Of a DNA stretch of 64,000 nt, positions 48,845 through 58,540 are shown piece by piece (within the stretch, counting starts at the first letter, position 1; each line of letters starts with the position of its first letter). The translations under genes and the position numbers were made by a program. The DNA is taken from the NCBI GenBank assembly GCA_002721815.1, contig PBLQ01000061.1, positions 108,905 to 172,904 of the forward strand. The letters are read 5' to 3'. The notes beneath the pieces were generated by a model, which was not told the origin of the DNA, ran no database searches, and saw only the letters and a list, made by a program, of their open reading frames with translations. This stretch comes from Myxococcales bacterium. Its GTDB lineage: Bacteria > Myxococcota > UBA727 > GCA-2721815.

Positions 48845-49071
48845 GCCCGGTCCTTTTCATGGCTGTTATCGCAAAAAGGGGCTGAATCGGATTGGCGACA
48901 GTTACAAATCCTCACGCAAGCGGTTTTAGGTTGATAAAAAACCAATGGGGCCAGTTTATTTTCTTTTTTATGAGAGCCATCGCACCATGGTAGGTTTCGA
49001 GAGGCGCCACACCGGCACCAGGCATAGGTACCCACGGGCAGCTCGATTTGTAGCGGACCTATGGGTTTCAT
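48841..49071 (-). CDS. Double CDGSH iron-sulfur domain protein (mitoNEET-like Zn-finger/[2Fe-2S]).
   Basis: Two copies of C-x-C-x(8)-C-DGSH: CRCGASRNLPWCDGSH and CNCRQSDSAPFCDNSH. 4-nt overlaps on both sides. Confidence 0.75.
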   Translation of the reverse strand: MKPIGPLQIELPVGTYAWCRCGASRNLPWCDGSHKKENKLAPLVFYQPKTACVRICNCRQSDSAPFCDNSHEKDRA

Positions 49072-50627
49072 TGGCGCTGTCCCTTACGTGGGATGTATTT
49101 CTCTTTAACGCCCTGTCGTCGAAGGTATTGCTTGATCCGATCGTATTCGGGTTCGTCGCCCGGTAACTTCAAGTGGGCCAGATAGTGTCTTTTGGCGCGT
49201 CCAAAAATATCCAATCCGGCGTAGGCGTCGCCCAGGTGGCGATGCGCTGTGGGGTGCTTTGGGAATCGTTGGACGCATTTTTGAAGCTGCTTAATTCCTT
49301 TTTGCACCCGTGACGGATCTTGAAACGTGCGAACGGTCAAAAGCCAGCCGTAACGACAAGGCGCCTCTTGGGCTTTCAATTTTTTGAATACAGCGTCCAT
49401 GAGGTCAAGTTGACCCATCTTGGCGTGTAGCTCTGCCAATAAGAACTGGGCTTCTACCATTTTTGGGTGTTTTTTGAGCAGTCCTTCCACGTGATTTTGT
49501 GCCTTGAGAGGAACACCTGCATTCATTAAACCCAAGGCCACTTTATATTGTAGCATCGTGGATTCAGGGGCCAAAGCAGCAGCATCCATGAGATGGATGA
49601 CACTCATCTCTTTTTCCCCTTTTTGAAGTACGAGCTCTGCAAGGGCGAGGTGGAAACGGGGATCTTGGCTGTATAGTTTGCGACTGGCGCGGAGCACGGT
49701 CAGACTCTCAACGATGTTGGTGTCGCGTTTGTTGTAGGCGTGTAGCAAGGCCATTTGTGGCGAATCTCCCACCATTTCTGAATAGCGTTGCGCGGCGGCC
49801 TGAAGAAGTGATTTACTGTTCATGGCATGGGCCATTTCCCCGATCCAAAAAAGGGTTGCCGCAGGGAGTTCTTGGATATTTAAAGACTGAAGTAAGGCCA
49901 GTGATTGATGACGCTGATTGTTGTGTAGTAAATGCAATGCGCTTACAACTCGAATCCAGGGTGATGTGGCTTGTTGAGGCGTTACTTCATTGAGTATCTT
50001 GGTTGCTTCCTGTGTGTTGACCTTCTTTAAAGGTGCACCGTCAATCAGACTGAGCACCAGCAGAGATTGGCTGATGGGGTTTTGAGGGTTCAAGCTCACG
50101 GCCCGGCGAGCCGCTTTTTCTTGATTGATGAAATCGAGAAGACGCCGATGCAACAATGACTTTTGGTGCAGGATTTTGATGGCTTCGGGTCCCTGTCGCG
50201 CGAGCACCGAAATCTCGTTGAGTTGCTGGAGTGCTTTATCGTAAAACCCCTGCTGAACATCGATGCGAATGAGTCCCAACAAGGCTTTGGACTCAAACCG
50301 TTTCTCTTTGAGAAGCTCATTTAATGCTTGTTTTGCCTTGTCGTATTCTTCGAGCTGAATATTGACCAGGGCGATGTGATACTTCAGACGGAGGCTTTTG
50401 GGGTATTCGTGCATGCCTTCGCGAAGGTGTTGCCTCGCCTCAAGGGGTTGTCCCTCCGAAAGAAAACGGTTTGCCACACGAATGCGCAGCGAGATGTTTT
50501 GCTCGTGTCTGTTCTTCTCCTTGCGAACTTGTTGCAAATGCTCTCGTTGTGATTCCAGCGTGACGTCTTGATCATTACAACCGAACAGAATGGCGAGAAT
50601 GAAAAAAAAAGGAAGGGTTCTGTTCAT
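49068..50627 (-). CDS. TPR-repeat lipoprotein.
   Basis: MNRTLPFFFILAILFGC lipobox, then ~12 TPR-like 34-aa helical repeats (W/LG/Y/A/F/A/P patterns). Confidence 0.65.
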   Translation of the reverse strand: MNRTLPFFFILAILFGCNDQDVTLESQREHLQQVRKEKNRHEQNISLRIRVANRFLSEGQPLEARQHLREGMHEYPKSLRLKYHIALVNIQLEEYDKAKQALNELLKEKRFESKALLGLIRIDVQQGFYDKALQQLNEISVLARQGPEAIKILHQKSLLHRRLLDFINQEKAARRAVSLNPQNPISQSLLVLSLIDGAPLKKVNTQEATKILNEVTPQQATSPWIRVVSALHLLHNNQRHQSLALLQSLNIQELPAATLFWIGEMAHAMNSKSLLQAAAQRYSEMVGDSPQMALLHAYNKRDTNIVESLTVLRASRKLYSQDPRFHLALAELVLQKGEKEMSVIHLMDAAALAPESTMLQYKVALGLMNAGVPLKAQNHVEGLLKKHPKMVEAQFLLAELHAKMGQLDLMDAVFKKLKAQEAPCRYGWLLTVRTFQDPSRVQKGIKQLQKCVQRFPKHPTAHRHLGDAYAGLDIFGRAKRHYLAHLKLPGDEPEYDRIKQYLRRQGVKEKYIPRKGQRQ

Positions 50628-51622
50628 CGATGGGTACCGCAAGCATTGGCAATCGCTCGTTTTACGAAAACGCTAACCATCTCTTTGCGCCAATCTGGGT
50701 CGTCACATATGTTGGTAAGGGGTCGGCATCTTTTTTGAGCCAATGCAGCGATGTCATTAATGACTTCATCGTCCAAAATTTTACCAAAGAATGGGGCCAG
50801 TTTGATTGCGCGAGGTTTGGCCGCCAAAGCATTGACGATAAGGGCCGCGCTCTCAATGGTTTTATCGTCTTTCAGATCGATACGAACGCCAACAGAAAGC
50901 ATGGGGTAGTCAATACTTTTTCGGTGTCGCAGTTTAGCGAAACCCTCTTTGCGTGCCACGTTTTTTTTGGCTTTCGGAATACGTACTTTGGTGAGAATTT
51001 CTGTGGGCAACAATGTGAGGTTGTCTGCGCCATCTGATTTATAAAGGTCGGGAAGGGGGATCCAGCGCGGCCCGCTCGCATCGTTAATCTCTACTTCGGC
51101 GTCCAGGCACAGCAGCATGGTTGCCGTGTCGTTTGAGGTGGCTGCGACACATTTTTTACCCCCTTGTACAACATGACAGACGGAACCATCTTTTTTGAGA
51201 CAAAACCCCAATGCTTCGCGCCAAAAATAAGTCTGGTTGTAATACAAGCAACGGGTGTCGAGACAAAGGTTGCCACCTAAAGTCCCCATGCGCCGCAGCT
51301 GAGGCCCGGCGACAGCATCTGCCGCTGTGGCCAAACCGGGCACATATTTCAAGACCAAAGGATGGTGGGCAATGTTATGCAGGGTCACACCCGCACCGAT
51401 TTCGATGGCATCCGCGGTTTCTTCGAGGGTCACCAAATCTTTGATTCTGCCGATGTGGACCACTGCTTGGGGTTCATGCAAACCGTGTTTCAAGTTTGGA
51501 ATTAAGTCCGTACCCCCAGCGCATAGTTTGGCTTTACCTTGCAGGTTTTCCAAATGAGTAACTGCTTCATCAATGGTGGTTGGATAATGTGTTTCAAAAG
51601 GTTGCATGCGCAGCATGATCAA
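50624..51622 (-). CDS. Molybdenum hydroxylase (xanthine dehydrogenase / CO dehydrogenase family) FAD-binding medium subunit.
   Basis: LCAGGTDLIPNLKHGL FAD-binding motif. Lies downstream of the large subunit. Confidence 0.8.
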   Translation of the reverse strand: MIMLRMQPFETHYPTTIDEAVTHLENLQGKAKLCAGGTDLIPNLKHGLHEPQAVVHIGRIKDLVTLEETADAIEIGAGVTLHNIAHHPLVLKYVPGLATAADAVAGPQLRRMGTLGGNLCLDTRCLYYNQTYFWREALGFCLKKDGSVCHVVQGGKKCVAATSNDTATMLLCLDAEVEINDASGPRWIPLPDLYKSDGADNLTLLPTEILTKVRIPKAKKNVARKEGFAKLRHRKSIDYPMLSVGVRIDLKDDKTIESAALIVNALAAKPRAIKLAPFFGKILDDEVINDIAALAQKRCRPLTNICDDPDWRKEMVSVFVKRAIANACGTHR

Positions 51623-51627
51623 GATCC

Positions 51628-54129
51628 TTAGGAGGTTGTTTCGGCTTCAACAGTGGTGTTTGTAGAAGGCGGTGGGGCGGAGTGGGGTTGGGTTTGGCCA
51701 TTGGCGCCGGCGGCGGCTTGTCGTTGTTCACGCAATGCGGCCAAGACTTTTTGGGGCGAAAAGGGCAGTCGCGTTAATCGAATGCCCACCGCGTCGTAAA
51801 TGGCGTTGGCCACTGCAGGGATACTACTGTGCAACGGACCCTCGCCGGCCTCTTTGGCGCCATAAGGACCGTTTGGATCAGGCTCTTCCACGATAAGTGC
51901 TTCGATAGCGGGCGTATCAAGGGTGGTGGGAATACGGTAATCCAAAAGGGACGGCCCTACCAACATGCCATGGCGCACATCGTTCGGGCCGTAGTGCATT
52001 TCTTCTAGGGCCACTTCTGCCGCACCCATGTACGTGGAGCCTTCAATTTGGCCTTCCACCAAGACTGGGTTCAGGGCTTTGCCACAATCGTGAGCACACC
52101 AGATTTTATGAACGGTGATTTGGCCTGTTTCTTCATCCACAGAGACATCTGCCAAATGGGCGGTACATGAATAGGCGGGTGACGAACCAATGGTTCCGCC
52201 GCGGTAATCGCCGCCACGCATTTGTGTGCGATAGCCACCAGTAGCCCCCAGGGTACCATTTTCTGCCTCAGCCAGTTGGAAGGCTTTTGCCAGTGGCATT
52301 TGGAGTTGCGTATCGTACCGGTAAAAGGCTTTGGCGCCCGCGAGCAAGACATCTTTGGGGACGAAGCCTTCAGTCAGCACGGTTTGGGCCACTTCGTCAT
52401 CTTGCCAGAAATTGAAAACCGCCTCTTGGATCTGTTTGCGAAGGCTGCGACAGGCTTCTTGCGCGGCATGTCCCATCATCAGGGTGACACGTGAAGAATA
52501 GGCGCCCAGGTCTACCGGCGTGAGATCGGTATCGCTGCTCACCACTTGCACATCGCCAAGTTCAGTCCCCAGTTCTTCGCACACAATGGTGGCCAAAACA
52601 GAGTCGCTGCCCTGGCCAATATCGGAAGCCCCACTAAAAATGGTGGCGCGTCCGGAGCGGTCCAATTGCACCTGTACGCCTGATTGGGGCATTTGATTGG
52701 GGTAGATGGGATAGTTGGTGCCTGAGATATACATGCTGGTTGCCACACCCAACCCGCGGCCCCGTTGCTTGGTTTTTTGATGCTGATCCCATTGAGAGGC
52801 TGTTCGTACTGACTGCAGTACTTTTTCGAGCCCCAAGGTCCCCATTTGTTGCCCGTTCACTGTTTCGTTGAAATGGCCAACGAAATTTTTCTGCCGCAGT
52901 TCGAAGGGGTCCATGTTGAGCTTTTCCGCCATCATGTCGAGGAGAATTTCAAATGCAAATCGGGGTTGCACCGATCCGTGTCCTCGCTTGGGACCACAAG
53001 CTGGTTTGTTGGTGTAATAGCGGGTGGCAGTGAAGTGGTAGGTTTCATAACCCACCGGTCCTGTTAGTAATTGGCCTGCGTAATAGGCGGTGATCAAACC
53101 AAAGCTGGCGTAGGCACCACCGTCAATATCAATTTCGGAGCGCAAGCCTTTCAGTGTGCCATCCGTGCTGGCCCCGAGCTTCATGGCCATTTCCATCGGG
53201 TGTCGACCTCGGTGCGCGTAAAATACTTCTTCACGCTCATAGAGGCACTTAACGGGTCGGCCACATTTCATGGACAAATAAGCCACCACGAATTCAAGGT
53301 CGAATGGCTCGCTCTTACCGCCGAAGGCACCACCCACTGCCGGCTGAATTACGCGAATTCGGTTGGCTGGAATTTTAAGCACCCAAGCTAAATCACGATG
53401 CAAATAGTGAGGGACTTGGGTGGCAGAGATAACGGTGAGGAGGCCACGCGCATCCATGTGTCCGATGGCGCAATGGGGTTCGATGGCTGCATGGGTGGTA
53501 CCGCAGAAATAGAATTGGCCATCCACCACCACATCGCTGTTTTTAATGGCGTCGTCAGTATCACCAAATGCCAAGTCCACCCGTTTAGTGATGTTGCCGC
53601 GTTTGGCTTTGTCATTCACTTTGGTTTCGGGGGTGTCACCCGTTACTTTGGCTTCTTCACAAGACAAAATAGGTGGCAGGTCTTCGTAAGTCACTTCAAT
53701 GGCGCGAATGGCACGAATGGCAGTTTCTTCGTCAATGGCCGCTACGGCAGCGACACCCTCGCCCACGTGACGAACCCGTCCCACGGCCAGAGGTGTCTCG
53801 TCTTGGGTCCATGGAATAATACCATATTTAGTGGGCAACTCGTCTCCCACCATGACTGCATGGACGCCCTCCATGTCTTCCGCCGGTTTGGTGTTAATGG
53901 AGACAATTCGGGCGTGGGGTCTGATACTTCTTTTTATCTTACAGTGAAGCATGCCGGGGAGTGAAATGTCATCGGCGTAGAGCGTTTCTCCCGTCGCTTT
54001 GGCCGCGCCATCCACTTTGCGGGAACGGGTGCCAATGCTGTGATGGGTGTCTTGGTTTTGCTCCAAGGGATTGGGCACGGTGGTGCCGTGCGCCAGAAAA
54101 TTTACTTTCTTAGGAATGAAAACGGTCAT
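51628..54129 (-). CDS. Molybdenum hydroxylase large subunit (molybdopterin-cytosine dinucleotide binding; aldehyde oxidase/xanthine dehydrogenase a/b hammerhead plus MoCo domains).
   Basis: 833 aa with GGAFGGK and the conserved Glu-bearing C-terminal segment. TGA/ATG overlap with the small subunit. Confidence 0.8.
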   Translation of the reverse strand: MTVFIPKKVNFLAHGTTVPNPLEQNQDTHHSIGTRSRKVDGAAKATGETLYADDISLPGMLHCKIKRSIRPHARIVSINTKPAEDMEGVHAVMVGDELPTKYGIIPWTQDETPLAVGRVRHVGEGVAAVAAIDEETAIRAIRAIEVTYEDLPPILSCEEAKVTGDTPETKVNDKAKRGNITKRVDLAFGDTDDAIKNSDVVVDGQFYFCGTTHAAIEPHCAIGHMDARGLLTVISATQVPHYLHRDLAWVLKIPANRIRVIQPAVGGAFGGKSEPFDLEFVVAYLSMKCGRPVKCLYEREEVFYAHRGRHPMEMAMKLGASTDGTLKGLRSEIDIDGGAYASFGLITAYYAGQLLTGPVGYETYHFTATRYYTNKPACGPKRGHGSVQPRFAFEILLDMMAEKLNMDPFELRQKNFVGHFNETVNGQQMGTLGLEKVLQSVRTASQWDQHQKTKQRGRGLGVATSMYISGTNYPIYPNQMPQSGVQVQLDRSGRATIFSGASDIGQGSDSVLATIVCEELGTELGDVQVVSSDTDLTPVDLGAYSSRVTLMMGHAAQEACRSLRKQIQEAVFNFWQDDEVAQTVLTEGFVPKDVLLAGAKAFYRYDTQLQMPLAKAFQLAEAENGTLGATGGYRTQMRGGDYRGGTIGSSPAYSCTAHLADVSVDEETGQITVHKIWCAHDCGKALNPVLVEGQIEGSTYMGAAEVALEEMHYGPNDVRHGMLVGPSLLDYRIPTTLDTPAIEALIVEEPDPNGPYGAKEAGEGPLHSSIPAVANAIYDAVGIRLTRLPFSPQKVLAALREQRQAAAGANGQTQPHSAPPPSTNTTVEAETTS

Positions 54130-54743
54130 GAGCTTTTTCCGTTTAATGGTGTCGCCGTTTTATCAAAGGGTCCCAGCGCTTGCCCTTCGTCACGCATAGA
54201 CTCATAGGCCTTTTCGCTCTCGCAGGCTTCGGCCTCGGTGATGGATGCCATCAAACAGGCCTCAAGGATTTTGGTATAGCCAGTGCAGCGGCAAAGATTA
54301 CCACTCAAAGCCTTACGGATGTCTTCGAGACTCGGTTTTTTTGTCTCTTGTAACAGTGCGCGGGCGGAAAGCATCATTCCAGGTTGGCAAAACCCGCACT
54401 GCAGTGCGCCGCAGCGGTCGAATGCATCTTGCACCGGGTCGAGTCCGTCACCGGGGGCCAAGCCTTCGATGGTGGTTATTTCGGGGGTGTTGTGATCGTC
54501 GCACGACACGGCACCGCTCAAGGTTAGGCAGGAAAGGACGGGTTCGCCATCCACCAGGACTGTACAGGCACCACAATCACCCTTATCGCACCCTTGCTTC
54601 GTACCCGTTAAATTGAGTTTATAACGCAGAACTTCGCAGAGCGTATGATGGGTGGGGGCGGCCACATCTTGTTTGGCGCCATTGATCTTTAATGTCAGCA
54701 GCGCTGATTTCGCTGGGCTCATTTGACCTCCGGGTCTCCACAA
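54126..54743 (-). CDS. Molybdenum hydroxylase small [2Fe-2S] subunit.
   Basis: Plant-type ferredoxin Cys cluster CDKGDCGACTV, and the second cluster CGFCQPG...C.C. Confidence 0.85.
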   Translation of the reverse strand: MWRPGGQMSPAKSALLTLKINGAKQDVAAPTHHTLCEVLRYKLNLTGTKQGCDKGDCGACTVLVDGEPVLSCLTLSGAVSCDDHNTPEITTIEGLAPGDGLDPVQDAFDRCGALQCGFCQPGMMLSARALLQETKKPSLEDIRKALSGNLCRCTGYTKILEACLMASITEAEACESEKAYESMRDEGQALGPFDKTATPLNGKSS

Positions 54744-54805
54744 GCTTTTGAATTGGCTCTCGTTTTTGTATCGAGCTTCGCCTTCGAGAGCAACAACGAA
54801 GGGCC

Positions 54806-55675
54806 TTAATCCTGTCGAATGGATTGAAGATGGCCGCCCGCATTCATGGACAGCGCAATTCGAGTCCCAACGGCCTGTTTTTTATCGTTTTCTGGGTGAT
54901 CAGGGTGCCCCGGAAGTCGAAAGTCCATTTGACCTGACTCGTTCAGCTGTAGATCGGGGCAAATGAGTCGTTCGGGCCTGCTTTGTGCCACAAAGTCATC
55001 AAAATTAAGTGCTTGAGCCACATCCTCCATCACCGCAAAAGTGGGTGGGGCCAGAAAAAGGTCTTGGGCTTGGTAGGCATTAAAAAATTCACGGACGGGC
55101 CACCAACGGCCACCGTGGGTTTCCCGGTCGTCGGTTTTTGTCACGATGGGACCTTCAATTTGAGCCGCAAAAAACAGGGTGTCATATCGTTTCGGTTCTA
55201 CCGGTGGGGTGAGCCACCAAGCGATGGGATGAAGGGCTTCAAAGAAAGGTTGCCACTGACGCTCTTGGAGGATTTGATAAAAAGGGGTTCCCTCTTGAAG
55301 TGCTTTCTGTGCCTGTTGTTGTTCAGATGGTGTGGGCCATGCCTGGTTCGCCGAGCCACACAAGAAAATACCACTTTCTTCTGCAGTCTCTCGAACAGCG
55401 GCCCAGCACAAAGCGGTGGCCAACTCGGGGTCATCGGTCATGGGTGAACGTTCGGCACACCGGTTTTTTTGGGATGGGGCCGTTTCTTTTGCTGCCACCC
55501 TATCTGCGTCGTCAAGGCGCCCCCCAGGAAAGACGTGAGCATTGCCCATAAAGCCAGATTTGCGGTGCCGTTGAATGAGGAAAATTTCGGGGCCAGTGTC
55601 ATGGTTCCGCCATAAAACGAGGGTTGCCGCTTTTCGAATGGGAGCGCTTTCCATATTTATGTCCTTTTCACCCAA
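54806..55675 (-). CDS. NUDIX hydrolase.
   Basis: Nudix box GG(R/K)x5...AAVRETAEESGI (REx2EExGU). Alternative start MESAPIRK at 55654. Confidence 0.65.
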   Translation of the reverse strand: MGEKDINMESAPIRKAATLVLWRNHDTGPEIFLIQRHRKSGFMGNAHVFPGGRLDDADRVAAKETAPSQKNRCAERSPMTDDPELATALCWAAVRETAEESGIFLCGSANQAWPTPSEQQQAQKALQEGTPFYQILQERQWQPFFEALHPIAWWLTPPVEPKRYDTLFFAAQIEGPIVTKTDDRETHGGRWWPVREFFNAYQAQDLFLAPPTFAVMEDVAQALNFDDFVAQSRPERLICPDLQLNESGQMDFRLPGHPDHPENDKKQAVGTRIALSMNAGGHLQSIRQD

Positions 55676-55738
55676 AGACCTTGGAGGTCAGCATTGACAT
55701 TCAGGCCATCTCCAACAAAACTGGCTGCATAGACCAAC

Positions 55739-56158
55739 ATGGGGCCGAGCTTGAATTCTTTTGCGGGACGCATTTTTTTAATTTTTTTCATAGTCGGGGG
55801 TTCATCCTGCCTTTCATCGGCGCCCGTGGCAACCACTGGCCTTGCGGCGGGCGAATTGTGCCATGCTAATTTGGATTGTGCTCAGGGGCTCTTTTGTATG
55901 TGCAGCCGTTGTGTGGCGCACCCGGTTCAAATGTATCCTGCTCATTGCCCACAAACCTCTCATTTACTGGATTGTGCGACCGGGGCGGACATCTGTGTGG
56001 GGTCCTGTGAGAAAAGGGACAATTCGGTACGAGCAACGTGTAATTCTGGGCTGTGGTTCTGTCCAGAAACCCATGTCCTTGAACAGCTTTGTGAACCATT
56101 GCCCGCCAATGGGGGGGATGCAGGGCCTGAAGTTCTCACGGATGCTGCAGTTCCTTAA
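55739..56158 (+). CDS. Small Cys-rich putative lipoprotein (hypothetical).
   Basis: Signal/lipobox ...FFIVGGSSC, then about 13 Cys in ~110 aa (CHANLDCAQGLFCMCSRCVA...). Confidence 0.4.
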   Translation: MGPSLNSFAGRIFLIFFIVGGSSCLSSAPVATTGLAAGELCHANLDCAQGLFCMCSRCVAHPVQMYPAHCPQTSHLLDCATGADICVGSCEKRDNSVRATCNSGLWFCPETHVLEQLCEPLPANGGDAGPEVLTDAAVP

Positions 56159-56223
56159 AAAATGCTTTTTTTGTTGATTCGCGCTGGAGCACGGTGGCGT
56201 CTTTGACTAAACTTGTTAAATGA

Positions 56224-58413
56224 ATGCAGGAATTTATGTTACGTCTCAATGATATCCTGGATAAGGTAACAGCCTATTACCCCGAAGCGAATCTTGACGT
56301 GCTTCGTAAGGCATACATCTATTCCGCAAAAGTGCACGGTGGGCAGGTGCGAAAGAGCGGAGAACCGTACCTCACCCATCCGTTGGCTGTCGCTTTTATT
56401 TTAGCCGAGCTAGAATTGGATGAAGCCAGTGTGGCCACCGGTCTGTTGCACGACACCGTTGAAGATACTTTGGCGACCACAGAGGAAATAGAATCGCTGT
56501 TTGGGAAAGACATTGCCGCCTTGGTGGATGGCGTCACCAAGTTAGCGCAAATCCATTTTCAAAATCGTGAAGAGAAACTGGCCGAAAACTTTCGTAAAAT
56601 GTTGATCGCCATGTCTCAAGACATCCGCGTGTTATTGGTCAAGCTTGCCGATCGTTTACATAACATGCGCACGCTCGAACACATGCCATCGGACAAGCAA
56701 AAACGAATTGCGCGCGAGACCATGGATATTTATGCACCTTTGGCAAACCGGCTCGGTATTTCATGGGTGAAAGTCGAGCTTGAGGACCTCAGTTTTCGAT
56801 ACATCAAACCGTTGGATTATGGCGATTTATCGGACAAACTGGGAAAGACGCAAAAAGAGCGTGAAAAGTTTATTGAAGATGTCACAGCTGAAATCCGGTC
56901 CGTCCTCAAACGGGCGGGGCTGCCTGAGTTTGATGTCTCTGGTCGCCCTAAACATTTGTGGTCCGTTTTTAAAAAAATGGTCTCCAAAAGCATCCCTTTT
57001 GAAGAAGTGCACGATTTAATCGCATTCCGAATTATCGTCGACAATGTAGGGCAATGTTATGAAACACTGGGCCATATACACAGCATTTGGCGACCCATAC
57101 CGGGGCGATTCAAAGACTATGTCGCCATGCCTAAACCCAATGGTTACAAGTCTTTGCATACCACGGTGATCGGGCCCAAGGCCGAACGGATTGAAATTCA
57201 AATCCGAACCGACGAAATGCATCATGTGGCAGAGTCAGGCATCGCCGCTCACTGGAGCTATAAAGAGGCGGGTTCGGTTGCGACCATCGTGAAAGGTAAC
57301 GATTCTTTTGCGTGGCTGAGGCAACTCATGAATTGGCAACGTGAGCTGGTGGATCCCAACGAGTTCATCGATTCCGTGAAAGTGGATTTGTTTGCCGATG
57401 AAGTTTACGTGTTCACCCCTGGGGGTGACGTGCTTGAGCTGCCCCGGGGGGCGACGGCGGTAGACTTTGCTTTTGCGATCCACACTCAGGTGGGTGAGAC
57501 GTGCATCGGTGCGAAGGTGAATGGGCGGCTGATTCCATTAAAAACAGAGCTGCGTAACGGGGACACCATCGAAATCTTAACGCGCAAAGGACAAAAGCCC
57601 AATAAAGATTGGCTTGAGTTTGTAAAGACCACGCGGGCGCGCACCAAAATCCGTGCGTACCTTCGGATGCTCGAGCGCGAACGTTCTTTACAGATAGGCA
57701 CAGAACTGCTGGAGAAGGAGTTTAAAAGGTACGGGGCATCGCTATCAAAGTTCGTCAAAAGCAAAGCCATCGAAAAAGCTTACGAGGGCACCAAGCATGG
57801 CAGTGCCGAAGATGTGATTATCCACGTGGGTTACGGAAAAATGGCAGCACAAGCTGTTGCACAAAAAGTACTCCCTGACGACGTCTTTCGAAAACCGCAG
57901 GAAAAACCACCCACCAAAAGTCGCTTGGGGCAACTGATCGACCGTGTGGCGCGCCGTTCCTCATCTGGTGTGATTATCGATGGCATTGAGGACATGTTGG
58001 TTCATTACGCTCGGTGTTGTTATCCGGTCAAAGGCGATGCCATTATCGGTTTTGTCACCCGTGGGCGTGGCCTCACCATTCACCGCAGAGATTGTCAGAA
58101 GATTCACCAGTTGGACCCAGAACGTCGCATTACGGTGAACTGGGACAACAAAGTGGACTTGTCTCGGCCCATGAGCATACGTGTGGTTTCTGATGACCGG
58201 GAAGGTATGCTCTCCGAACTGTCTAACGCGTTCACCAAAAATAAAATGAACATCTCGCAGGCCATTTGCAAAAGCAGAGGGGACGGGACGGCTGTGAATA
58301 CCTTCAAATGTGGCGTGATCAGCCTGGATCAACTCCAAAAAGTGGTGAAAGCTTTAGAAGGGGTGAAAGGCGTTCGGTCCGTAGAGCGGGCGAAAAACGT
58401 AGAACCTCAGTAA
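56224..58413 (+). CDS. spoT: Bifunctional (p)ppGpp synthetase/hydrolase, RelA/SpoT homolog.
   Basis: HD hydrolase motif LHDTVEDT, the synthetase domain (RFKDY...), then TGS and ACT domains. 729 aa. Confidence 0.95.
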   Translation: MQEFMLRLNDILDKVTAYYPEANLDVLRKAYIYSAKVHGGQVRKSGEPYLTHPLAVAFILAELELDEASVATGLLHDTVEDTLATTEEIESLFGKDIAALVDGVTKLAQIHFQNREEKLAENFRKMLIAMSQDIRVLLVKLADRLHNMRTLEHMPSDKQKRIARETMDIYAPLANRLGISWVKVELEDLSFRYIKPLDYGDLSDKLGKTQKEREKFIEDVTAEIRSVLKRAGLPEFDVSGRPKHLWSVFKKMVSKSIPFEEVHDLIAFRIIVDNVGQCYETLGHIHSIWRPIPGRFKDYVAMPKPNGYKSLHTTVIGPKAERIEIQIRTDEMHHVAESGIAAHWSYKEAGSVATIVKGNDSFAWLRQLMNWQRELVDPNEFIDSVKVDLFADEVYVFTPGGDVLELPRGATAVDFAFAIHTQVGETCIGAKVNGRLIPLKTELRNGDTIEILTRKGQKPNKDWLEFVKTTRARTKIRAYLRMLERERSLQIGTELLEKEFKRYGASLSKFVKSKAIEKAYEGTKHGSAEDVIIHVGYGKMAAQAVAQKVLPDDVFRKPQEKPPTKSRLGQLIDRVARRSSSGVIIDGIEDMLVHYARCCYPVKGDAIIGFVTRGRGLTIHRRDCQKIHQLDPERRITVNWDNKVDLSRPMSIRVVSDDREGMLSELSNAFTKNKMNISQAICKSRGDGTAVNTFKCGVISLDQLQKVVKALEGVKGVRSVERAKNVEPQ

Positions 58414-58540
58414 AAACAGCTTCTTACCCGCATAGATGGCCGAAAACTTTGTGTAGAAAGTGCTCGTAAAAACATTGCACGGGCCTTGGCTTTTATTGCA
58501 TGATAATCGCCTGAACAAAGACGAATTTGGAGAACGTTGC

